Origin: Macrostomum lignano
Taxonomy: Eukaryota
NCBI GenBank assembly: GCA_002269645.1
Contig: NIVC01003334.1
Span: 1-64,000, forward strand
Direction of reading: 5' to 3'
DNA: 64,000 bases
In this document: positions 40,801 through 53,930 of the stretch, in pieces
Numbering within the stretch: the stretch's first letter is position 1
Layout: each line of letters begins with the position of its first letter
The notes under the pieces: model-generated
The model's database searches: none
The model's input: only the letters and a program-made list of their open reading frames with translations
What the model was told of the DNA's origin: nothing
Program-made: the position numbers and the translations under genes

Positions 40801-43800
40801 AGCCTGAGATGGTGGATTTACAGCCTGGGTGGTGGATTACAGTCTGAGCTGGTGGATTTACAGTCTGAAGTGGTGGATTTACAGTTTGAGGTGGTGGATT
40901 TACAGCCTGGGTGGTGGATTACAGTCTGAGCTGGTGGATTTACAGTCTGAGGTGGTGGATTTACAGTTTGAGGTGGTGGATTTACAGCCTGGGTGGTGGA
41001 TTACAGTCTGAGCTGGTGGATTTACAGTCTGAAGTGGTGGATTTACAGTTTGAGGTGGTGGATTTACATTCTGAGGTGGTGGATTTACAGTCTGAGGTGG
41101 TGGATTTACAGCCTGGGTGGTGGATTTACAGTCTGAGGTGGTGGATTTACAGTTTGAGGTGGTGGATTTACAGTTTGAGGTGGTGGATTTACAGCCTGGG
41201 TGGTGGATTTACAGTCTGAGGTGGTGGATTTACAGCCTGAGATGGTGGATTTACAGCCTGGGTGGTGGATTTACAGTCTGAGGTGGTGGATTTACAGCCT
41301 GGGTGGTGGATTTACAGCCTGGGTGGTGGATTACAGCCTGGGATGGTGGATTTACAGTCTGAAATGGTGGATTTACAGTCTGAGGTGGTGGATTTACAGT
41401 CTGAGGTGGTGGATTTACAGTCTGAGGTGGTGGATTTACAGTCTGAGGTGGTGGATTTACAGTTTGAGGTGGTGGATTTACAGCCTGGGTGGTGGATTAC
41501 AGCCTGAGATGGTGGACTTACAGTCTGAGCTGGTGGATTTACAGTCTGAGGTGGTGGATTTACAGTTTGAGGTGGTGGATTTACAGTCTGAGGTGGTGGG
41601 TTTACAGTCTGAGGTGGTGGATTTACAGTCTGAGGTGGTGGATTTACAGTTTGAGGTGGTGGATTTACAGCCTGGGTGGTGGATTACAGCCTGAGATGGT
41701 GGATTTACAGTCTGAAATGGTGGATTTACAGTCTGAGGTGGTGGATTTACAGTCTGAGGTGGTGGATTTACAGCCTGGGTGGTGGATTTACAGTCTGAGC
41801 TGGTGGATTTACAGTCTGAGGTGGTGGGTTTACAGCCTGAGGTGGTGGATTTACAACCTAAGGTGGTGGGTTTACAGCCTGAGCTAAGGTGGCGAAGATA
41901 AGAGCCCGATTACTATTGCTTGGTTCCAAAGGACCCGAGGGCCGAAGTTTGCCCAGCATAAGTGATAAATGAACAAAATAAAAAGCCCAAACAAAACCAG
42001 TAAATTTGATTGACTCACTTGAAAGTAGAGCTCGGGAAAGCAGTGCAACCAGTAGCAGATCTGGCAGATAAAATAGAACTTGAACCAGAATGACAGATAC
42101 AGATGAGGATAGCCGGTCCACAGAGTCGAGATAGAGGCTAACAGGCGCTCCTTATAGACAATATTAGAGCCCCACAGGAAGCTGATCAGATAGAACAGAA
42201 GTAGCTGGCTTATTTCACTAACTTTACCATACTGAGACTTAGAAAAATGCAAACGCTTGTAGAGTCGGTCGATAATATATTCTTGAACTACAGCGTGAAT
42301 TACAATAGCGATGAGGGTGTAGAACAGACAGGTTAGTAGATCCCGATAGCCAGCCGTGTAGAGAGTGCCAACGCGATTGACAGTGTCTTGCAAAGATGCC
42401 TGGTTGCCTAGTCACAAAAGTAAGTATTAAATAATAGATCTATGGATTTATTTTCATAATTTGAAAAGAACAAGATCAAGTGTCAAAGAATAACAATAAA
42501 GATAAGGCGACTTACTTCTAATAGTCACATTATGCTGTAGCATAATAAATAGCTTTGAAACTGGAGCAGTGACCTGAAATAACAAAATTATTTAAAGGCA
42601 AAATTTATAAGCTATAAACAAGAAATGCATTATATTATATACAAATACAGAAGGCTCAGTCCAGTGGTCTAGCATAGCACTTTGATGTGCCAGCAGCCTG
42701 GAATCTTAGCTTACAAAAAGGCTTATGCAATAAATGGTCTTGAGGCCAACTATAAATATAGTTAGGGCTGCTAACACTGGGATACTTTGGACAGAGGGAT
42801 ACTCAGACACTGGGATACTTCGGACAGAGGGATACTCAGACACTGAGATACTTTGGACAGAGGGATACTCAGACACTGAGATACTTCGGACAGAGGGATA
42901 CTCAGACACATAAGCTCATGTGAGTATGCCCATGCTATGACTATATATAGTCTATATAACAACTATATAATAACTTACTTTTTCCTAACCCAGACAATCT
43001 GTCTAATCTTGCATTTTGTCAATAGGTGATCTGCCTCTTTATCCAATTCTCTATTAGATGTCCTATCCTCTATGCCAATGTACCCTATTAGCTATTAGAA
43101 TTCCCCATCAGTGTGCCCTATTTCCTAGGCAACTTTGATTTATCATATAGCAATTCTTTCTTTTCTTGCTTGGACTGAATTTAAAGTATAGACAATGTCT
43201 TGCCACTTGGACACTTACACTACTAGAAGTATCTCTGAAGCATACTCTTTATAATAAAAAATTGAATAATTTTTCCCAATTCCAAGAAATTCCCAAGTCC
43301 CCTAAATCAAATTTACTGAGAGTCATGAGATTTATCCCCCTATCCCCCTAGCTAGATGCATGCCTGAACAAAAATTGAATAATTACAAATGCATGCCAAA
43401 AATTGAATGCCCATTCTTAAAACTACTATGGTGTTGCAACAATAAATGAATTTTTATGTTGTGACAATAAATGACTTCTTTTAAATTGCATAATGAACCT
43501 TTTTTAGCAAGTAATTTGTTTTTTGCTTTTTTTGGCAATACTATTTATACTAGAAAATTGATACATGCAATGATTTGTTTAACTGCTTTGTTACATGCTT
43601 AAAAACAAGAAACCTTGAAATTTATGCTTAAAAATGAACTTTTTTCATCTTTGTCCTACTTCACAATAACTCTTCTACATAATTTTATAGAGTGCACGCC
43701 CTGTATGCATGTATATTATTTTCTTAGAAGCAATGCACGCCAACTGTGCACACCTACTTTTGCCTTGGCATGCAAGGCCAATGTAGACCCCAGGATGGAA

Positions 43801-45698
43801 TTCTTGCACAAAAGTTGTTACGCGTTTGTGCGCATTGTCAAATTCGTGCATGCTTGCATGCTGAAAAGGAGCCTACTTGCGTGCTCTTAAAGAAGGTGTG
43901 TGCATGCTCCATTGTATGCGCTTGCAAAGAAGCTGTTTGCTATAGAATCACAGACAGGATTTGACTTTTACATGCATTCAACATGCTTATGTGCCATGTA
44001 GTGTATGCGCACTCAAGTTCTCCCACTTTTCATAGTCCCAAAGGTTGTTTTTACGCTGGAAAATTTTAAACAAAAGTAAAATGAAGAATAATAGTTTTTA
44101 GCAAAAACAGTTACTTTAAAGTTTAGTGACTCTTATAATTTTAAAAGAATATTTTCTTCAAAAAATTATAGTGTTTAACCTACTTTACACTTAAGTACAA
44201 CTTTCTAATTTACATTGGCATAAGAATTGAAAAACTAGAAATTTCATTTTTTAGCGCATGGGCCTGCCATGATCTGCATTATGACTTTTTTACAGCTGGT
44301 GTGCGCGCTTGCGCGCTGCTCCAAAAACGTGCGCGCACGTTTTCCTACCCCCGAGCCATAGTCAGGAAGGTGGCCTCTGAGGGGGAAAATTCCCGCGCAC
44401 ACAAAGGGTCTTGGCGCACAAGCGCGGCGCACACAAGGGGTCCTTGGTGCACTTGGCGCACAATCATGGCGCACACTGAGGTCCTTAGCACATGCGGCGC
44501 ATAATTGCAGCGCAAAAGGTCCCTGACATACATGAAAATTGTAATGCAAATTAACTATTTTACGTAAAATAAAAGAGATTTGTATAGTCTAGAAAGTCAG
44601 TGATAAACTTTTTGCTTCTTTAAAATTAACAGTAAATAAAATTAGTATAAATTATCGCTAAAAACGTCAATTTTGCAGTACTCTATTTGTAGGTATAATT
44701 CAAGTTTGTTTAAAATGAAAATATGCGTAACACTTTAGAAAGGCTTTTCGTACAAAGGCCTTTCTTAGAAAACTCTACTTATGAAGTGGCGCACAGAGGG
44801 CGCACAGACAGCGCACAAATGGCGCATAGACGGCGCATAGATGGCGCACAAATTGTCCCAAAAAAATTATTCTGGCACACATTGTGCCACCTTCTTGACT
44901 ATGGCCCCCAAGCAAAAATTCCATCTTGGTACACACCCAAATTTTTGGGTATATACTACATGATCCAGAGTGTGGATACAAAAAAGACTAGAATTTGTAG
45001 AATTTTTAGAATTGTAGAATCAGTAGAATTTCCCAAATATAACCTTCCACCCATAGCTATAGTTTGGAAAGTGATTATATATAGGCCTATGCACAGGATT
45101 TTAGATTTCCTAGCATATAAGAAGGGTACTTGCTATTTTCTAGCATAGCCTATATCAGTATATATCCTAATCCTAGCATAAATGACAGTGGAAAATTTTT
45201 GGCTTAAATCTATGGCACACTTGCATACATGTTAGGCCTAGGATCAAATAAAGTGACTTTTTATATAAACAATGCTATATATATGCAATACTAGGCCCTA
45301 TCAATACAGATTCATGGAACAAGGAATAATAACAAAACAATTTTAAACTTTGTGCCCTAAGAAAACTTTTTTTTTCAATTTTTAGCAAATAAAAGTAGGG
45401 CCTATTTAAAACACTTCCTAGTCCTAGAAAATTTTTTTGTCTTGGCATATGCCTACAAATGTGCTCAGCTCATGTAATTTTCCCCTGATTAAAGCAAAAT
45501 GTTGTAAAAGTGCAAAGGAAACTATTATCAAACGAAATATAAGGAACAAAAGTAGGAATATACCTGGAACATCAATCCAATGACAATCACCATTGCAATA
45601 AAGCTGACTATGTCACCATGATTTGCAATGATATAATCATGAGAAAAGTAGGATGTATTTTTATATTTCTTCTTTGTACCTTTAGTGAATGACATCAT
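37871..45698 (-). CDS. TRAM1: Translocating chain-associated membrane protein (TRAM1-like, TLC domain)
   Basis: Exons 45564-45698 (YFSHDYIIANHGDIVSF), 42516-42573, 42019-42407 (FYTLIAIVIHAVVQEYIID, YWLHCFPELYFQ), 39076-39413 (IAGAYLLNLNR..LVLLVLHY, GNFNT) and one starting at 38768 (LQGYLMWNFITFH). The donor of that exon (38654 or 38602) and a last exon at about 37871-37998 are tentative. Confidence 0.88.
38045..38425. repeat. 32-33-bp minisatellite in the TRAM1 3' region
   Basis: AGATCAAGGCATCATTTCAAGGTCACAACCC units. Confidence 0.9.
39470..41885. repeat. 2.4-kb 20/21-bp minisatellite in a TRAM1 intron
   Basis: GAGGTGGTGGATTTACAGTCT and variants. Confidence 0.96.
42770..42910. repeat. 33-bp tandem repeat, 4 copies
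   Basis: CACTG(G/A)GATACTT(T/C)GGACAGAGGGATACTCAGA. Confidence 0.9.
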
Positions 45699-46889
45699 GT
45701 TACTATTAACCACTTATTGGATACTCGTTACAGCACTAGTTCTGAATGTCTGATTTTTATGTACTAATGACAATGTTAACAAGACCAAGACTTACTGTCG
45801 CACTGCAAAGAGTCATGTCTGTCTGCCTATCTGAGAGCTCGTGTCGCGGAAATCCCAGATTGAATTGTACACAAATCTATAACAAATGCAAATTAAAGTA
45901 GTTACAGAAGTCTAGCAAGTTAAGCTGAAAAGCAATTTTAGGTTAGAATTAAAGAAACCACCCTCAATATCTTGAAATTTTCATTATGACTTAATTATTG
46001 CAGGGATGCGATAATAAGTGATTAACAAACTTTACTTTGGAAAGACATAAAATATTCAAGAGTAAAACTATCAGCATCTGCGGTGAACATGCAGTTCCGT
46101 ATTTTTCCTAACTTTTTCTGACTTCTGTTTATTGGTCAGATTAGGTGCAGTTTAAGTGAAAGTTAAAATTAAATCCAATATAATAAAAATGATTTGCCTT
46201 TTTTTCGCTAGTTTTCTCGATTAGAGAAAAAAAGCTAAACTGATTTTCATGAGACTTGCACTGTTCGATCAGAAATTAACGGTAATAATGTGTCGCGGAT
46301 TATCTAGTAAGCTTACATGTACTCTAGTTATATAATCTCGTTAGCCAGTAATCGATAATCTAGTAAGCTATAGTAATCAATTAGCTATATGATAATTTGA
46401 TAATCATTAGATCGAATAAAATAACATATTATGTAACCTCACATAGTAAACTATAATAATCGATAATCTAGTAAGCTATTAGTCTGGTACTAGCTTGATG
46501 ATCTCTACAGTAAACTAGCCTGATATTCGATAATCTAGTAAGCTAGCTATGTAATCGATAATCTAGATCCACGTCAGTGAAAGCAGAATGCTGGGCGACT
46601 TGAAAAATGTAAATAAGGTAAAATAAAACAGGACAGGATAGCCAGTTACCCGCACCTGCTTCAATAGAGCTATATATGTTGGAATGAGGCGGGCATTCCT
46701 TTCAGCTTGTGACGTATAAAGTGGCGGCCTCGAGAATAATCTGCGAAGGAAATAAATACGGCAGAGGCAAATTTGTAGCGGTAGCACTTGGCAGTAATGG
46801 CGGCTAATGCGAGCAATGGCCGCAGACTTTGTTTATTGTAACGTTTGTTATTTTCAACAGGGACAGGTCAAAGTACTAGTAGGTTTGTA

Positions 46890-48780
46890 ACGATGCACTG
46901 GCGGCTACGCCAGTGCAATGTGGGCCTCTGCAGAAACCGGAGGCCCACAGGCGACGCTGAAGACGCATTTGAGCGCTTTCTTAACGAGCGGCAGCAGGCC
47001 GCTGTCGACGACGCCATTAGGTCCATCACTGCAGCCGGCCCCGACGTGAAGAGCCGCGCAGTGTGGACGGCCGTCCGGACTCTGACGGGGCGCAAAAAGC
47101 GCGTGGCGCTGAACCTGGCCGGCGACACCTCTACGCAGGAATGAATTGCGCGACTTCTTCGCCGGCATCGTGAACGCGCCCGCGTCGCCGCTGCCCGCCA
47201 GCTTTGCGCTCCCACTGGACACGCTGCTCCCAGCTGAGGAGGACTTCTGCACCTGCTCAGTCACCACGGAGGACGTTGTGCTGTACGCTCAGAAAACATC
47301 AGGCGGCAAGGCGCTCGGCCCCGACGAAGTCCCGGTTGAAGCGCTGCGGCTCCGCTGTGTGGCCTCCCAGGTCACAGGCGTCATGAACCGCGTGCTCGCC
47401 GGCGCTCCTGCGCCTACCGAGTGGACCGTCGCGCACATCGTGCCGATCCCGAAGAAGGCAGGGACAACGCGGAAGGAAGACCACCGCGGGATCTCGCTGA
47501 TGTCCTGCACCGCGAAGCTCCTCAACCGGCTGCTGCTCGATCGTCTGCAGTCGGTGCTGGACCCGTACCTGCGGTACGAGCAGAACGGATTCCGGCCACA
47601 ACGCGGTACAGTGACACAGATCCTCGCACTCCGCCGTGTCATCGAGGAGGCGCGCATCCGCCAGTCTACGCTGATCATTGTCTTCGTTGACTTTCGAAAG
47701 GCGTTTGACTCGGTGTTGAGAGCCGCGCTCCCCTTTGTCCTTCGAGCCTACCGGGTACCCCAGCAGCTAATAGACGCGCAGTCATGGCGCTGTATTGCGA
47801 TACTCGAGTTGCTGTGGTGACGGCGGACGGCCTGTCTGACCTGTTCGATACTTCATCAGGGGTTCTGCAGGGCGACACGCTAGCGCCGTTCCTCTTCGTG
47901 CTGCTGCTGGACTGGGTGCTTCGGACCGCACTCCCCTCGGCTAATGACGGCTTCCTGCTGCGCAGACGCATCGGTCGCCGCCACGGCGAAAAGCGCCTAA
48001 GCGTGCTTGGCTACGCCACGACCTCGCCCTCCTGTCCTCGTCCGTTGAAGGCGCCCAGCGCCAGATCGACAGGCTGGTCGAGGTGGCATCGAGCGTCGGT
48101 CTGATCGTCAACACGCTGAAGACCGAGGTGCTGACTGTGCCGGCCGACATCCCAGCGGATCTGACGTGCCGTGGCGCAGACGGGCAGACGACCAGGCTCG
48201 CACGCTTCCAGCGGTTCACCTACCTCGGCGGTCTGGTGCCACACGTGGAAGAGGACCTCCGACGGCGCAGAGAACTTGCCTGGGCGGCCTTTCGTTCGAT
48301 CCGAGCCGCCCTCCAGTCCGAAGCGCTGCCCGACCGCCAAAGGGCTCGGCTGTGGCAGGCGGTGGTCGAAACCGTCCTGCTATACAACGCCGAGACGTGG
48401 ACGCTGACGGCTACGCTGGAGCGGCAGCTGGACTCGGCGCACTCAGGGCTGCTCCGTGCGGCCTTTCGAGCTGACGAGAGCGTCGAGACCGAGGCCCTGT
48501 ACGATCGGGCCAAGCTGCAGCGCCCGTCCACCATCCAGCACCGGCGGCGACTTCAACTGGCCACGTGATCCGGGCCGAGGGCTACTGCCCCCAACCTGTT
48601 CAGGACGTCCTGCTGCTTACCTTGCGGGGTCCATTCAGGCGGGGTTAGGCCCGAACCCGTCGATACGTGGACTGCCTGCTGTGCGACGCTGGGGCGCCCG
48701 GCACTGCCAACGGAGCTGACTTTGTTCGCTCCCAGGCTCTGCGGCGCGCCATCTGACGCGCCCTGCTCTAACTGTGACTG
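46890..48780 (+). mobile_element. 5'-truncated non-LTR retrotransposon (RTE-like) with a frameshifted RT
   Basis: IVPIPKK, RGISLMSCTAKLLNRLL, EQNGFRPQR, FVDFRKAFDSV, GVLQGDTLAPFLF, FTYLG and VETVLLYNAETW, spread over several frames. The YADD motif is broken by a 1-nt deletion (GGCTACGCC-ACGAC near 48010). The 3' end lies at a short TAACTGTGACTG repeat. Confidence 0.9.
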
Positions 48781-49102
48781 TGCATGCGGGGTCGCGTATT
48801 TTGTTGTTGTTGTTGTTGTTGTTGGCTACACAACAATGAGTTAAATAGTAGAAGGCAGAGTGGGTCGATGAGTTGAGGCAGTGGCGACGAGATGATGGCG
48901 GTGAACGTACGCTGGCGGCGCTCGTAGTGAGAGCTCGAACAGACAGTAGGAGTGGCGTGACTGAGAGTGGCAGAGGCGTGATCTACTCGTAGAACCGTGG
49001 CGGAGTGAGGCAGGAAGAGAAGGCAAACGAACAAGAGTGCCGGGGCGGCAAGGATCTACAGGCGGAGACGCAAATCCGGTTAACCCCGAGCGCACGGCGG
49101 GG

Positions 49103-49750
49103 GGTTTCACTAGGCCGAAATTTCACTTCGCCGAAAGCATCTTCCTTCACAAGGCCGAAACTTCACTAGGCCGAAATTTCACATTGCCGAAAAAAGATTT
49201 TAGCAGCCTCTTTCACTAGGCCGAAACTTCACTAGGCCGAAACTTCACTTTGCCGAAATGACTAAGCACGCTCTTTCACAAGGCCGAAACTTCACATTGC
49301 CGAAAAACCTTAGAGCCATGCATAGTCTACGAATCGGAATCTAGGCAAATCTGCATGCTTTCAAAGGAGCCATAAAAACATACAAACACTCCATAACTTA
49401 AAATTCCATCCGACTGAGACAGAAAATGCAATGAAAATAATAAGCAATCAGAGTTCACCCCCAAATGAAGTCAGAAATGTCGAAAATATTCCATGCAAAA
49501 AACTGAGTGACCATATCGTGCTCCCACTTTGGTAGCAGAGTAACACTTAGATCAAAATAAAGAAACTGGTGCAGAGAAATCGTCACTGCTTGCTTGCGGT
49601 TACATTTTGGAGGCTTAAGTTCACATCCCCTTTCGACCATAGTCAGGACGCTGCTAAAATGATTTTTCAGCAATGTGAAGTTTCGGCCTAGTGAAGTTTC
49701 GGTCTTTTGAAACAGCGTGCTAGTCATTTCGGCAAAGTTAAGTTTCGGTC
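49103..49750. mobile_element. Foldback/MITE-like element with modular inverted arms
   Basis: GGCCGAAACTTCAC modules at 49105-49305 are mirrored by GTGAAGTTTCGGCC modules at 49670-49750. TSD not resolved. Confidence 0.6.
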
Positions 49751-50025
49751 TGGGGGGGGGAGGGGGCGAGGAGAACTTAGTATAATTAATGTGCGGCTTT
49801 TCTATTGGCCGGCTGGGGAAAAACAGAAACAGAAATTATCGATCGCGCACTGTACGCAGGGTTTACAAATGTACGCAGCTGATTTAAGTTATTTGGGCAC
49901 TACTTTAAGCAGACGTGAGAGAACGAAACTAATAATATTATACATTGGTACCGTATGTCAAAACGGCCCTTGGCGGGGCTACTTAAACTGACAACGTCAC
50001 AAGCTCTTCTTGAATATGGTGTGGT

Positions 50026-50306
50026 GACTCGGTAACTCGGCAGAATAGGTAACTCGGCAGAATAGGTAACTCGGCAGAATAGGTAACTCGGCAGAATAGG
50101 TAACTCGGCAGAATAGGTAACTCGGCAGAATAGGTAACTCGGCAGAATAGGTAACTCGGCAGAATAGGTAACTCGGCAGAATAGGTAACTCGGCAGAATA
50201 GGTAACTCGGCAGAATAGGTAACTCGGCAGAATAGGTAACTCGGCAGAATAGGTAACTCGGCAGAATAGGTAACTCGGCAGAATAGGTAACTCGGCAGAA
50301 TAGGTA
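50026..50306. repeat. Perfect 17-bp tandem repeat, about 16 copies
   Basis: CAGAATAGGTAACTCGG units without visible variation. Confidence 0.95.
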
Positions 50307-50356
50307 GCATAGAAGCGGCAAAGCATGAATAACAGTTGAAAGGTGACATATGATAT

Positions 50357-50733
50357 CCCTAGAAGACATTGACGTGTTGATTCTTAACAGATCTTATCTA
50401 TCTTCTTGGGTTGCTGCGCAAGTTTAGCAAGAACGTTCGCCTCTCGCTATGATAATACTTAGGTAAGCTTACTAGAACTGGGCGACTTGCTGCATCGTAC
50501 AAGATCTTAACTTTTATATCTTTCTATAGCTTCCAATCGCATATTTTATTAAATTTATTGTCACATTTTGCCATAAAAATAATAAAGCTAGAACACTTGG
50601 GTCAAATGAATGACAAAACAAATGTACCCCCTTCTTAGAAGATCCTGCAAGAACCGAGCAGATTGAGAAGATCTGCTAAGAATAGCGCAGAGACAAGATC
50701 TGCTAAGTTTGAGAAACAGAATGTCCTCTAGGG
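50357..50733. mobile_element. MITE with CCC...GGG termini and 2-bp TSD (AT)
   Basis: CCCTAGAAGACATT is the inverse of AATGTCCTCTAGGG (13 of 14 match). AT flanks both ends. Internal AAGATCT-rich repeats. Confidence 0.7.
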
Positions 50734-50772
50734 ATGTAATAGCTAGAAGCCTGAAATCAGACTACAGCAGCC

Positions 50773-51101
50773 GGTGACCGGACATTTCGTCAACCGGCAT
50801 TTCGTCAACCAGACATTATGGCAACTCAGCAAACTGTAGCTGATTATTATAGCTGCACCAGCAGCCAGAGAATGTGAGAAGTAGTAATGCGATGTCAAAA
50901 TTTGTTTAACACTTCTTGGAAGTTAATTTTCGCACAAACGTTCGGTCCTCAATGGTGTCGCAATACTCGTACCATGGTACCTGAATACCATGCACATGGT
51001 TTCAATATTTTCTATTATAAAACTTAAAACTTTAACTTTAATATGTCTGGTTGACAAAATACCAGATGACAAAATGCCGGTTGACGAAATGCCCTGGAAC
51101 C
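50773..51101. mobile_element. MITE with GG...CC termini and 8-bp TSD (Merlin- or MULE-like)
   Basis: Left end GGTGACCGGACATTTCGTCAACC and right end GGTTGACGAAATGCCCTGGAACC. Perfect TSD CAGCAGCC at 50765-50772 and 51102-51109. Confidence 0.8.
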
Positions 51102-53363
51102 CAGCAGCCACTACTCATTCCGGATTTAGGACGATTTAGGCGAGGCAACCCGCACGAAAGAACCGCAAAAAGACTCAATAACTAAACCTCCTCGAAACGC
51201 TCTAACTCGGTCAGCAAACGCGGAGCTACGTGTGGATGTAAGAATACATGTAGGTGATCGAAGTTGGCTTGGACGCATTTTGAAATTTACGGAGTTCAGG
51301 TGGCCGTGAGTCGTGAGTCCGACGCTCTAACCACTAGGCTAAAACCCTACCTTTGAAATACTATAAAGTAACACATTAAGATACAGACGAAATCAAAAGT
51401 ACATCCTGCTTCTTGCTATTACAATGTCCGAATGGATTGATTGTTTGTTGAAGCCATGCAATGCAGAAGAGAATTAATACACTATACCGCGGAAATTGGA
51501 ATTCGATAGAGGTAAACCTAATTTCTCTTGCTCAAGTGCTGTGCGGACTGTGGAATCGTAGAAAATAGATGATAGCTTAATTAAAGTCTCAGATGCAATT
51601 CGATCTCCCCCTGACCTACCCGAAGAAATTGACAGATTTCATAGATTTTCTATATAGAATCTCATCTCTTCTACAAGTACATGTATAGGCAGTCCAGTTT
51701 CAGGTGCCAGAATCTTCACATAGGAATGTACGTACGGCACTACTACGAGTAATGCGTCTTTTAATTCTTGTCGAATGTGAACTTATTCATTAAAACCAGC
51801 GTGTAAATCTGGTATATACACACGCAGTATATAATTATGCTTGTGTGTGTAAGCTAAAGCAATACGCATTTGAGAAGTGCACTTGTTGAGTTGCCAGGGG
51901 AAATGAATGCCAGATGTGGGAATAAAATCATTCAAAGAACAATCAACTCCAGACCGGAGGGAGCCGCTGTTTGCGCGAGCCTGCATTTCTGTGCCAATGG
52001 CAAGATGAAGCATTGAATTATTAATTGAGAGGCAATGGCCAAGTCTTCAGTATAGGGCCAGCAGACTGAAAATTTTCCACTTTCTGTATTATTCCTGCCC
52101 CTCGTTGTTGCTTGTTTCTATTTTGGTTTCTGACCAGCTTTTTGCACTGCATGCGCCAAATTAGCATAAAATTTTTGCATCTAGAATTGCAATTAGTTTA
52201 TAGAAAGCTGGAGAAAAAACAGCTTCTAATAATTAGGTATATTATTTTATATTCCAGCTATGTGATTTACTGCAGTATGATTATTATGATTATGGTTACG
52301 CTATGATTATTAGGTGCCATTTTCACCATATTACTGATTCAAATTACTGATTACCGACGTCCTATTATAATGGCAGGCTTTTAACTAGCTATAGCTAGAT
52401 TTTTAATAGTGAGAAAACCAATCACAAAAGTATCAGCCATCGGTTTAAAAAACTTTACATGAAATATTGTAGCTACAGTACATCGCATGTCTACCATGTC
52501 AGGTACATTAATTCCATCAAGGAACAAGGAAAATTTTACAACGCAAAACTTCTTTTTTGAACGTCGCCTTACTGGAAGTCTAAAAAAACTGCAAACCAAC
52601 GCAGTACATCCATCTACTGTAACTAGATGTAGCTAACGGTAAATTTTCTTTTCCAAGAAAGACTAGCGTGAAAAATGTACATGTACATGTTCGTTTGGAA
52701 GGAGAGTTATAACTGCTAATAACTATACATTGGTTCCTACTACCAACGCAGCATTCTTCTACTTAATGTGCCCATCGAAGTAGGTGTACGTGCAGACTCC
52801 AGCTGAAATATAAATTTATTTAGATAAACATTTGATTTCTAAACTACTGCAAAATCATCTCAAGTTGACGTATTATGAATCGAAATTTACTGGCGTACAT
52901 TGTTTTAGGAAGAAACTATATTTTGTTATTATATGCACTTTTGTGATGTAATAAGTAATATATAATATATAAGTAATATAATAACAATGCAAGTTACACA
53001 GAAAAAGAAAGAAGGTCATTGCTCCTTAATAAATTATAATAAAAATTATCGACAGTTAAATAACAGTTTTGAATATATTGTCTACATATCGAAAATAATA
53101 TCTGAAAAATATATAATTTCTGAAAAAAATTTGTACGTACGTACACGAACCTCTGCAGTTCTACCAAGCCATGTCATGTCAATGGAAGTCGGATTGTTTT
53201 ACACTGTGTCAGGCTGATCCAATCCGTCACCTTTAAATTAAAGGTACATGTAGTACGAGCTGTAATATAACTAGACTATAAATTTGTGTAGGAAATATTT
53301 ACGTTCTGATTAAAATAAGAATAGCATAAAGCGTAATCTTTTATAGTCTTGTACATGTATATT

Positions 53364-53909
53364 AAGTGGCGTAGCCAGGGGGGGGGGCCGGGCTCCCCCC
53401 CCCCAATCTCCTGGGGGGGTGGGGTTGGGCGCGGCGGGTACCAAAAACCATGAGGCAATTGAGTGCCTGCGGCGCTAAAATGAGTGCCTGCGGCGCTAAA
53501 ATGAGTGCCTGCGGCGCCAAAATGAGAGCCTGCGGCGCAAAACTGAGTGCCTGCGGCGCTTAAAAGAGTGCCTGCGGCGCTAAACTGAGTGCCTGTGGCG
53601 CTAAAATAAGTGCCTCCGGCGCCAAAAAGAGTGCCTCCGGCGCCAAAAAGAGTGCCTGCGGCGCCAAAATGAGTGCCTGCGGCGCTAAAATGAGTGCCTG
53701 CGGCGCTAACATGAGTGCCTGCGGCGCTAAAATGAGTGCCTGCGGCACTAAAATGAGTGCCTGCGGCGCCAAAATGAGTGCCTGCGGCGCCAAAAAGAGT
53801 GCCTGCGGCGCCAAAATGAGTGCCTGCGGCGCCAAAATTGGCAATGATATAAGGCATGGCCAGCCAAGCCAACCCCCCCCCCCAATTGAAATTCCTGCCT
53901 ACGCCACTG
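53364..53909. mobile_element. hAT-type MITE carrying a 21-bp satellite, immediately 3' of the DEG/ENaC stop codon
   Basis: Termini AAGTGGCGTAG / CTACGCCACTG with a perfect 8-bp TSD TGTATATT. Internal GGCGCTAAAATGAGTGCCTGC repeats at 53460-53837. Confidence 0.85.
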
Positions 53910-53930
53910 TGTATATTTCGTGTCACTTTA

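Noticed and set aside
43700-44900. GCGCAC-rich region in TRAM1 intron 1 as an element or gene
   Set aside because: No clear TIR, TSD, periodicity or protein motif.
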